From a virus (taxonomy: Duplodnaviria; Caudoviricetes): a DNA stretch of 30,315 nucleotides. The stretch covers positions 1 to 30,315 of IMG/VR virus record IMGVR_UViG_3300026138_000017. One strand, 5' to 3'. Below are positions 1-6,505 of this stretch, piece after piece. The notes beneath the pieces are model-generated. The model did not search any database and was not told the DNA's origin. It saw nothing but the letters and a program-made list of their open reading frames with translations. Position 1 is the stretch's first letter. Each line of letters begins with the position of its first letter. Made by a program: the position numbers and the translations under genes.

Positions 1-47
1 CGTGAAGGTTTATTTAATGTGACACTTTTTCCTTGATATTCCGGCAT
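1..47 (-). CDS. 5' part of a phage hypothetical protein (MPEYQGKSVTLNKPS...), truncated by the window edge
   Basis: ATG at 47-45 overlaps the stop of the upstream gene (TAATG). The N-terminus resembles a small-protein family I recall from marine phages. Not in the ORF track. Confidence 0.6.
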   Translation of the reverse strand, partial: MPEYQGKSVTLNKPS

Positions 48-127
48 TATTTTTTCTTTTTCTTTTTAGCTGCTTTTTTCTTAGTAGCTTTTTTCATACC
101 GGTTGGATATCCAATTCCTTTAGGCAT
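47..127 (-). CDS. Small Lys-rich basic peptide (26 aa, MPKGIGYPTGMKKATKKKAAKKKRKK)
   Basis: Hand translation. Strong SD AAGGAGG just upstream, an extended -10 element, and TAATG coupling to the next gene. Confidence 0.75.
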   Translation of the reverse strand: MPKGIGYPTGMKKATKKKAAKKKKKK

Positions 128-145
128 ACATCCTCCTTTTAATTC

Positions 146-156
146 ATAATAGCACA
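146..156 (-). promoter_or_regulatory. Extended -10 promoter (TGTGCTATTAT)
   Basis: TG-n-TAnnnT upstream of the SD of the basic peptide gene; same form as the elements at 21061-21071 and 22784-22794. Confidence 0.5.
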
Positions 157-176
157 AAACCTCCCGAAGGAGGTTT
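157..176 (-). terminator. Intrinsic terminator-like hairpin
   Basis: AAACCTCC-CGAA-GGAGGTTT (TTCG loop on the minus strand) with a short T run on the minus strand. Confidence 0.55.
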
Positions 177-429
177 AGTGACCTTACAAAGTGTCCAACT
201 TTGTTGCGAGAAGGCAGTTGTGTCTTTAGTTAAAAGTCCTCACACCTTCTCTGTGAAAGAAAAAAGAAATAATCAATCTCACTAAACTCAACAACAGAGC
301 TGTCATATCTGTAAAGAGAAACGCTATTTTCTTTATTTCAACTGTATCCTCATACAGTACCTAGAAACTTTTTCTAGGCAGATTTATTATAGGGTAGCCT
401 CGTTTTAACGAGGCGTAAAAAAAATTTTT

Positions 430-633
430 TTATAGAGTTTTCCAACACGAATTACACATAAAGTAATCCTTGCTAGTAAGAGGATAGATGTGACTTTGCC
501 CGCACCCAGCACAATAAAATTTTCTTCTACCTTTAGCTACCTTGTCGTTCTTAAAAATATAATTATAGAAGTAGAACAGTAAGTTATTGGCTATTGATAT
601 TTTCTTGACAATTTTCGCATAGACCATCTTCAT
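430..633 (-). CDS. Small Zn-ribbon-like protein (CAGC...CNSC); start uncertain, possibly a gene remnant
   Basis: The C-terminal half has two CxxC motifs. The annotated N-terminus overlaps ORF 584-694 and looks non-coding. Confidence 0.4.
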   Translation of the reverse strand: MKMVYAKIVKKISIANNLLFYFYNYIFKNDKVAKGRRKFYCAGCGQSHIYPLTSKDYFMCNSCWKTL

Positions 634-694
634 TGATTAAATCCTCCCACATTGGTTGTAAACATTCATCGCAATCTTTAACATAAATTGTCAT
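584..694 (-). CDS. Small acidic CxxC...CxxC protein (36 aa, MTIYVKDCDECLQPMWEDLINEDGLCENCQENINSQ), probably leaderless
   Basis: Hand translation. TG-T-TATAGT -10 element (706-701) lies 6 nt before the ATG, with no clear SD. Confidence 0.6.
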   Translation of the reverse strand: MTIYVKDCDECLQPMWEDLINEDGLCENCQENINSQ

Positions 695-713
695 ATCCCA
701 ACTATAACATAAA

Positions 714-748
714 AGATAAAGCCGGCCATTGCTGGCCGGCTTTTATCT
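714..748. terminator. Bidirectional intrinsic terminator-like hairpin
   Basis: AGATAAA-GCCGGCCA-TTGC-TGGCCGGC-TTTTATCT: 8-bp GC stem flanked by A and T tracts. Confidence 0.7.
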
Positions 749-1494
749 CAACACAATAGAAAGGGGAACAATATGTATCCAAGAATGGATAAGATGTTCA
801 ATTTCTAAAATTAATTATACACTATCTGAATTTAATACAAGTAAATACTTGTATAATTTTTTTATGTGGTATAGTTAGTAAACAAACATAGTAGATTTCA
901 AGCACTTAGGAACAATTTACTAGATAAGACTTTTAATTAAGCCGACTTGCTTGCCGGTGGTAACTAGGGTAAAAGCCTATTATTCTACATATGTATAACT
1001 GCTGCGATATGGAGTTAATTCGGTTTGGGAGGGCGTAGCACAGGGTTAGAACTATTAAACTTCTTAATTAATAATTAATCAACAATAAAGATAACACAGT
1101 AAGGGATAGCCAGTTTTCCTTAAAGTTCACAGTATATTCTTAGGGGGTACACCTAATATAATTGAGGTGTCAACCTTAAACCTCCCCCTATGTTTAAAGG
1201 TTATCATAGACAAAATTTTTCTTTATTTGTTTATACAGATGCATAGATATATATACAAAATGACTACTTGTTTATACAGTGTGTAAGACTATGGGATAGA
1301 AATTTAAACAACATCCCCCCGAATGTAAAACAACTAACTTTCATCCGGCCAACCTTATCAAAAGTATCAAGGCAAATTCGGTGCAAAATTCACCAACTTT
1401 TTTTTATTTTTTTAAAGTTTTTTTTCGGCCTTCAAATAAGCCTATAAACATTAAGGATATTAGATATATTTTTTATGTAGTTATTCAATAGTTG

Positions 1495-1523
1495 TTGACA
1501 ACTAAAGATAATCCCCCTATTGT
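1495..1523 (+). promoter_or_regulatory. Sigma70/SigA-type early promoter
   Basis: TTGACA (1495-1500), 17-nt spacer, TATTGT (1518-1523), with an AT-rich upstream element. Confidence 0.75.
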
Positions 1524-1529
1524 TCTTCT

Positions 1530-1860
1530 TAACACAAAGACATAGAGAGGGGACCTGGGACCTTGCATAAATAGCCCCAGGAAATGAGCGAGAAAAGATA
1601 CCAAATCCAAGGTGTTCAACTAAATACCTGGAACGAGGCATAAAAGCCCCAGGATACAGCCAAAGATTTGATTATCGGGAAACTTAGATGCTAGAGGAAA
1701 TGCTAGCTTACCGATAGGCCCAACCATAATAGGAAGGCGACAGATTGACCTCATAAGCGAAAAAATCAAACTATCGTGACCTTTAACCGGGGTGAGATTG
1801 CGGGAGATTAACAGACTTTATACCATTACTAGCAGTTCGCATAACTTTTAATCTAGTCTT
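1530..1860 (+). ncRNA. Candidate structured leader/ncRNA containing a duplicated hairpin motif
   Basis: No credible + strand ORF after a consensus promoter; locally higher GC; repeats at 1553-1582 and 1626-1654; nested TATCGG/CCGATA and GCTAG/CTAGC stems. Confidence 0.45.
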
Positions 1861-1863
1861 TTA

Positions 1864-1919
1864 TATATAATCTATTTAAGACTGGTTGTTTAAACAGCCG
1901 GTCTTTGAGAGATTATGTA
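1864..1919 (+). repeat. Intergenic hairpin repeat copy 1 (TGTTTAAACA-centred)
   Basis: TATATAATCT..AAGACTGGT-TGTTTAAACA-GCCGGTCTT..AGATTATGTA, symmetric about 1891/1892; stem mismatches are G-U on the + strand. Confidence 0.85.
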
Positions 1920-1969
1920 ACCTTTTTACATAACTCTAGTCTAAATATAAAACACAAATAGGAGGCAAT

Positions 1970-2686
1970 ATGAAGACATTACTAGCGGAAAATCCAGTAC
2001 ACGAAGAACACTTACCTTTATTCAAGGGTAATCGTGAAACCTGGTTAAACAAAGTTGCGGATTTTATCTACGACAAAATCAACGAAGAGTTCGTTCCGGT
2101 TGTTCCAAGAGAAAATATTAGATTATCCATCGGCTTTATGCCGGGTGGTGTTAAAGGTTCAGCTATCGGTGTATGTCACTATGAAACACACAGCACTGGA
2201 AATTATAGAGAAATCTTTATCAAGCCTACATTAGGTGCAAGTAATTTAGCAGAATGTATTGAAACAGCCCAGGTTGTTGCCCACGAGGTAACACACGCAA
2301 TATTACCATCGGGTACTGGACACAATGCAAAATTCTCTAAAGTTATCAAATCTTATCTAGGTGCAGAGGGTAAGCCAACAGCAACTATTGCTGGACCAAG
2401 GTTCACTCTTATGATACAAGACTTTATCCAGGAGTTAGGATACCTTCCACACTCTAAGATGGTAGAAGATACCAAGGGTAAAGGTTCAACAACAGTAGCA
2501 GTTAGATGCACTGGTGCAGAAACTTGCCCTGGTGCTAGCGACAAATCATTAACACAAGGTTGGGGACTTATTGCAAGAGTATCAATCGCAGTATTCAGAA
2601 AAGTTGGTGACAACTTCAGATGTATGGCTTGCGGTTCATCCACAGTTGTAGAGTTACCGGAAAACTTACGCAAAGATTATGCCTAA
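1970..2686 (+). CDS. SprT-like zinc metalloprotease with C-terminal Cys cluster
   Basis: VAHEVTHA (HExxH) followed by GHNAKF, typical of SprT-like proteins; C-terminal CTGAETC...CMAC; SD AGGAGG. Confidence 0.7.
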   Translation: MKTLLAENPVHEEHLPLFKGNRETWLNKVADFIYDKINEEFVPVVPRENIRLSIGFMPGGVKGSAIGVCHYETHSTGNYREIFIKPTLGASNLAECIETAQVVAHEVTHAILPSGTGHNAKFSKVIKSYLGAEGKPTATIAGPRFTLMIQDFIQELGYLPHSKMVEDTKGKGSTTVAVRCTGAETCPGASDKSLTQGWGLIARVSIAVFRKVGDNFRCMACGSSTVVELPENLRKDYA

Positions 2687-2735
2687 GTATCTAGCTAGAG
2701 CTGGCTGTTTAAACAGCCAGCTTTATGGTAGATAT
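2687..2735 (+). repeat. Intergenic hairpin repeat copy 2
   Basis: GTATCTAGC-TAGAGCTGGC-TGTTTAAACA-GCCAGCTTTA-TGGTAGATAT; begins directly after the stop codon. Confidence 0.85.
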
Positions 2736-2771
2736 CATAAGGATATTTACAAAACTATATAGGAGGCCCAA

Positions 2772-3095
2772 GTGAGCAAAAGTGACAAAGAAAATGCAAG
2801 AATTGCTAGAACAGCAATAGCTAACATATTCAACAACGATGACCTACAAGGAGTTTATGACCTACTCAAAGAGAGATGGGACTTAAACACAAAACAACAG
2901 GTAAATCAGTTCAATGAGTTAGACCTTGTAGATGTTAAGTTCAGTGATGGACAAGTGCTTAGAGCTAGAGTAGAAAAAGTTAATAAGAAAACAGTTAGTG
3001 TAATCATATTAGAAAAATACCAAGGCACAAAGTATAAAGTATCACCGAAATACTTAACTAAAGTTACAGAAGAAATGCTACAAGAGCAAGCATAA
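2772..3095 (+). CDS. Hypothetical protein, possible SH3/KOW-like C-terminal barrel
   Basis: GTG start with SD AGGAGG; beta-rich pattern GQVLRARVEKVNKKTVSV...YKVSPKYL. Confidence 0.7.
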   Translation: MSKSDKENARIARTAIANIFNNDDLQGVYDLLKERWDLNTKQQVNQFNELDLVDVKFSDGQVLRARVEKVNKKTVSVIILEKYQGTKYKVSPKYLTKVTEEMLQEQA

Positions 3096-3142
3096 TTAGT
3101 TAGGACTGGTTGTTTAAACAGCCAGTCTTATAGTAAATATGC
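3090..3142 (+). repeat. Intergenic hairpin repeat copy 3
   Basis: GCATAATTAGT-TAGGACTGGT-TGTTTAAACA-GCCAGTCTTA-TAGTAAATATGC. Confidence 0.85.
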
Positions 3143-3169
3143 AAACACAAATATAAAAGGAGGCACAAT

Positions 3170-3598
3170 ATGCAACAGTATATTGTTCAGGCTAGATGTA
3201 TGTTCAGTGGCTACACCGATGTAGCTAGTGTTCAAGCAGATAGCGCAAAAGATGCAGTAAAGAAATGGAGTGATGACCAATTCAATATTGCAGGAATTAT
3301 AACGAGTGTGAGATATGGTAAAGTTATTGCTTGCAAACTGGAACATTTTAAGCCAGGCAATGTAAAAGCAGACAACGCACCAGTCAACACAGCAAAGATG
3401 GGTAGTGATGAGAGAGCTTATGGTATTCCTTATTCACAAGCTAGTAAGGAGGACAAGAAAGTTGTTAGAGAAATCATAGAGGCAGACAACGAACAGTTCA
3501 AGTTCGCCAAAGCTAACAATGTAGAAGTCAACGACACCTACTGGGATGAAGATGACAAACTACAAGTGAGAGATGCTAACGAAGCCCCGCCATTCTAA
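3170..3598 (+). CDS. Hypothetical early protein
   Basis: ATG with SD AAGGAGG; acidic C-terminus ending EAPPF. Confidence 0.75.
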   Translation: MQQYIVQARCMFSGYTDVASVQADSAKDAVKKWSDDQFNIAGIITSVRYGKVIACKLEHFKPGNVKADNAPVNTAKMGSDERAYGIPYSQASKEDKKVVREIIEADNEQFKFAKANNVEVNDTYWDEDDKLQVRDANEAPPF

Positions 3599-3649
3599 GA
3601 TACCTAGCTAGACCAGGTTGTTTAAACAGCCTGGTTTATGGTAAGTATC
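3599..3649 (+). repeat. Intergenic hairpin repeat copy 4
   Basis: GATACCTAGC-TAGACCAGGT-TGTTTAAACA-GCCTGGTTTA-TGGTAAGTATC; begins directly after the stop codon. Confidence 0.85.
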
Positions 3650-3686
3650 ACAAGGATATTTACAGACACAGTTAAAAGGAGGCAGT

Positions 3687-4040
3687 GTGATAAATGGTAA
3701 AGATATTGTTCAAGTATGGACTAGCGATGGCCGAAATAACAATTCGGTATGGTGCGAAACAAGTGATGGACAATACTACAAAATAAAAGCTAGCGAGTTA
3801 TTAAAGAGTTTACAAACAGTAGATACTTTTAATACAAAGCTAGCAAGGAAACATACATACTTAGAAATAAGTAGTGAAGATGTGAAACACAATCCAGGTT
3901 TTTCATCTATTGATACAGAAGAGTTAGATAGTGCTTGTGAAGTTATGTTCGGCCATTCAGACTGGGAGTTCGTAGCAGACACAGATAAATATATCACTAT
4001 CAAATTTAATGTAGAAGATACACAAGAGGAGGAAGAATGA
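3687..4040 (+). CDS. Hypothetical acidic early protein
   Basis: GTG start with SD AAGGAGG; ATGA overlap with the next gene. Confidence 0.75.
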   Translation: MINGKDIVQVWTSDGRNNNSVWCETSDGQYYKIKASELLKSLQTVDTFNTKLARKHTYLEISSEDVKHNPGFSSIDTEELDSACEVMFGHSDWEFVADTDKYITIKFNVEDTQEEEE

Positions 4041-4591
4041 GCGACCATTCAAGAGATGACCAACAAAAAGTTGCGGAACAATTCAAAGCAGACTTAGAAT
4101 TAATCCAAGATTATTTGAGGGTACAAAAAGAACAAGACTTGCGAGAAGAGCAAGACATAGAAGTTAGGTTCTTCAGCGAAGTCTTCTGTGATATGAAGGT
4201 GACTAGCAGAGTTCAACAAGAATTTGAAATCAGAGAAGAAAACCTTCATTGCAATCACTATGGATGCGAGGAGATGCTATCAATAGAAGTTCATTCAAGT
4301 GATGGACAGATAGGAATAGATAACATTACCTGGAATTGGGATGATGCAAAAGATGAAATGATACCAGTATTCGGTGCGGAAATTATTTACCTGGACCGAA
4401 GTAGATTAGCAGAAGGCAATGTTGTAAGGGGTATGGTGTACAAGACTATCAAGGAGATAGACATACCATTCAAGCGAGCCTGGTTAGAAGACACCAACTT
4501 GCAAGCAGTATTGGACTATCTAAAGAGCGGAGAGTTCCTTACCTGGATGCGACTACTAAGCGACACAACACACAAAGTACCAATCAACTAA
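4037..4591 (+). CDS. Hypothetical early protein
   Basis: 184-aa ORF, SD GGAGG, coupled to the upstream gene. Confidence 0.75.
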   Translation: MSDHSRDDQQKVAEQFKADLELIQDYLRVQKEQDLREEQDIEVRFFSEVFCDMKVTSRVQQEFEIREENLHCNHYGCEEMLSIEVHSSDGQIGIDNITWNWDDAKDEMIPVFGAEIIYLDRSRLAEGNVVRGMVYKTIKEIDIPFKRAWLEDTNLQAVLDYLKSGEFLTWMRLLSDTTHKVPIN

Positions 4592-4607
4592 CACGCCCAA
4601 TAGGGTA

Positions 4608-4667
4608 AGACATTCTAGGGTTGGGTGCCTCCGGCCCTAGCTTGTCTAGTTGTTTAAACAGGAGGCA
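4608..4667 (+). ncRNA. Candidate hairpin/pseudoknot RNA element
   Basis: Stem AGACA..CTAGGGTTGG/CCGGCCCTAG..TGTCT; TGCCTCC (4626-4632) is complementary to GGAGGCA (4661-4667); TGTTTAAACA at 4651-4660. Confidence 0.45.
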
Positions 4668-4682
4668 AAACTTAAACAGTTA

Positions 4683-4711
4683 TTGACAATAATTCAATAG
4701 CCGTATAAGAT
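4683..4711 (+). promoter_or_regulatory. Sigma70/SigA-type promoter
   Basis: TTGACA (4683-4688), 17 nt, TAAGAT (4706-4711), followed by SD AAGGAGG and ATG 4742. Confidence 0.75.
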
Positions 4712-4741
4712 AGTATAAAAAAAATAATAGAAGGAGGAATA

Positions 4742-4942
4742 ATGTTAAGTATTCAAGGATTAATAATTATGTTTATGTTCGGGGTGGCTGTGACACTAAC
4801 CATATCAGCAATGTGGTTGATGTATGCCGAATATAGAATAGCAAAAGAAGAAATTAAGAGAGCAAATAAGGAAAGATTATCCAAAGATTTTATGGATAAT
4901 TTTTTCAAAAGAAATGGAGATAATGATGAAGGACAATCCTAA
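4742..4942 (+). CDS. Small membrane protein (single N-terminal TM helix)
   Basis: Hydrophobic residues 3-28 followed by a charged tail; strong SD. Confidence 0.75.
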   Translation: MLSIQGLIIMFMFGVAVTLTISAMWLMYAEYRIAKEEIKRANKERLSKDFMDNFFKRNGDNDEGQS

Positions 4943-5240
4943 AGTAATATCTATTTGTACGAAGTTCAATCTAAAAACATCCACCCAAGGTGATGTTAAG
5001 TGGATTATGTTCGACAACAAAGAAGAAGCTATAGAAAAACAAACCACTGGTGAGCTAGATGAGCCAACAGTTTTACAACACTTTGATATTGTTGGTAAGA
5101 CAGACCAAGGATTTGTTTTAAAACTACAAGAAGGAATAGAAATAAAAGCAGTAGAGGTTAAAGAAAACCCTATTGATGAACACGACTTATACCAAGATAG
5201 GCAAGAGTATAGAGCGAGAATGAATGAGGATGGAGGATGA
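4914..5240 (+). CDS. Hypothetical protein
   Basis: Fits operon packing; the true start may be ATG 4923/4926 after GGAGA. Confidence 0.65.
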   Translation: MEIMMKDNPKVISICTKFNLKTSTQGDVKWIMFDNKEEAIEKQTTGELDEPTVLQHFDIVGKTDQGFVLKLQEGIEIKAVEVKENPIDEHDLYQDRQEYRARMNEDGG

Positions 5241-5479
5241 TAGAGCAAGAAGTACTAGAGTTAGAAATATTACTGCGTAAATTACAAGGTAGATTAAACG
5301 CAGTTAATACAGCTTTAGTAAACACAAATAGAAAAAGTGATGTGAGTACTTTGATACACACGCAAGAAAAACTTCACTCCAATATAAAAGTAGCAGAATT
5401 AGAAATCGATATTGCTAAAAAACAAATAGAGATAGACAACATATTAAAACAATATGAAGTGGAAGGAAGTAATAAATAA
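5237..5479 (+). CDS. Hypothetical coiled-coil protein
   Basis: ATGA overlap, SD GGAGG, heptad Leu/Ile pattern. Confidence 0.7.
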   Translation: MIEQEVLELEILLRKLQGRLNAVNTALVNTNRKSDVSTLIHTQEKLHSNIKVAELEIDIAKKQIEIDNILKQYEVEGSNK

Positions 5480-5529
5480 AATAGTTAATCAATACTTGTT
5501 TAATATTCAACAGGTGTTAACATAATGTT

Positions 5530-5685
5530 ATGAAATACATTGTAAAATGTGTAAGTTTATTAGACAACAGCACTATGCAATGGGAGTTTAACGACTTAGG
5601 TAGAGCTAAGGAACAAATAAGACACCTTCAAGACCTAGGTGCAAACACTCAGTTGATAAACTTATACGAAACAATAACAGTCTAA
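5530..5685 (+). CDS. Small hypothetical protein (51 aa, MKYIVKCVSLLDNSTMQWEF...), probably leaderless
   Basis: Hand translation; fills the gap; TG-T-TAACAT (-10 at 5518-5523) 6 nt before the ATG. Below the ORF-track size cutoff. Confidence 0.6.
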   Translation: MKYIVKCVSLLDNSTMQWEFNDLGRAKEQIRHLQDLGANTQLINLYETITV

Positions 5686-5705
5686 CGACTAGAAAGAGGT
5701 GGAGT

Positions 5706-5924
5706 ATGGCCCAAGGCCTTAACTTTAAAGACCCTAAAACAATTAGAAATTGGAGTATTAATTTAGCTAACGCTTGTGGTGGTGCAGAAGTAAGACCCGC
5801 AGGCCCAAGATTAAACAAACCAAATCCAGTATTAGCCAACGCATTACTGGAACAATTCGCACAAGCATATAACGCATTAGTAAAGGAAGGAACAGAAGAT
5901 GCCGGAGAGCAAGAAGAAGAGTAA
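5706..5924 (+). CDS. Hypothetical protein
   Basis: SD GAGGTGGAG; operon packing. Confidence 0.7.
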   Translation: MAQGLNFKDPKTIRNWSINLANACGGAEVRPAGPRLNKPNPVLANALLEQFAQAYNALVKEGTEDAGEQEEE

Positions 5925-6108
5925 AGTTCTAACACTAGAAGTTCTAGTAGAAGATGAAACTTTATATCAAAGAACAGCAGAACAACGACAAAATTTTCTA
6001 GTCGGATACATAAGCAGTATCCCTGGATGCACAGTTGTAGATGCAAAAGTAGAAGATGCGGAGGTGATTAGCATTGACAACAAAAGAACAGTTGATGGCG
6101 ATAAATAA
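5899..6108 (+). CDS. Hypothetical protein
   Basis: SD AGGAAGG; short overlaps with both neighbours. Confidence 0.6.
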   Translation: MPESKKKSKVLTLEVLVEDETLYQRTAEQRQNFLVGYISSIPGCTVVDAKVEDAEVISIDNKRTVDGDK

Positions 6109-6295
6109 TCTTCGTGGAATACAACACGAACTAAACAGATTAGACACGCAAAAGAACATTAACTTAGAAGTAAGAAAAAATTATATTGCTAGTTGTTTAA
6201 ACAGTGGCGTAAAAGTCAAGCAGGTTGCTGACATTTTAGGTATTAGTTTAGCAAGAGTATATAAGATTATGGAAGAGGTGAAGGTAAATGCCTAA
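6074..6295 (+). CDS. Helix-turn-helix DNA-binding protein
   Basis: GVKVKQVADILGISLARVYKIM is a classic HTH signature; TTG start after SD GGAGGTG. Confidence 0.8.
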   Translation: MTTKEQLMAINNLRGIQHELNRLDTQKNINLEVRKNYIASCLNSGVKVKQVADILGISLARVYKIMEEVKVNA

Positions 6296-6503
6296 GCCAA
6301 TACAAAAGAACCCAGCATATAAAGTGTTCGGTAAAGGTTACGCTTGCCGACACCACAAGAAACACAATATAAATTGCAAACCATATAAGAAATGGGATAC
6401 GAACTATTGTGACTTTGAAACTTGGTGGGAGTTTTGTATGAAGAGTAAAAACGCAAAGAAAAACTTTTTACGATATCGTAAAGAAGTTGGAATAAGGAGA
6501 TAA
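6288..6503 (+). CDS. Small basic Cys/His-containing hypothetical protein
   Basis: SD GAGGTG; operon packing. Confidence 0.6.
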   Translation: MPKPIQKNPAYKVFGKGYACRHHKKHNINCKPYKKWDTNYCDFETWWEFCMKSKNAKKNFLRYRKEVGIRR

Positions 6504-6505
6504 GA

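Noticed and set aside
930-1060. Possible tRNA
   Set aside because: No cloverleaf, no T-loop GTTCRA consensus and no acceptor stem could be built.
1432-1641. 69-aa minus-strand ORF
   Set aside because: Runs antisense across the early promoter and structured leader; no SD and unnatural composition.
1553-1654. preQ1-I riboswitch resemblance (CTGGG...CCCAG)
   Set aside because: The loop and 3' A-rich tail do not fit, and there are no queuosine genes; kept only as an unknown motif.
1864-3649. CRISPR array interpretation of the palindromic repeats
   Set aside because: Spacing is irregular and gene-sized (about 400-820 nt), the repeats diverge, and no cas genes are present.
1864-3649. Integron attC cassette array
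   Set aside because: The outer ends lack the RYYYAAC/GTTRRRY boxes and no tyrosine recombinase is visible; only the architecture is similar.
6288-6503. WhiB-family regulator
   Set aside because: Cys spacing and the GVWGG-like turn of WhiB are absent.
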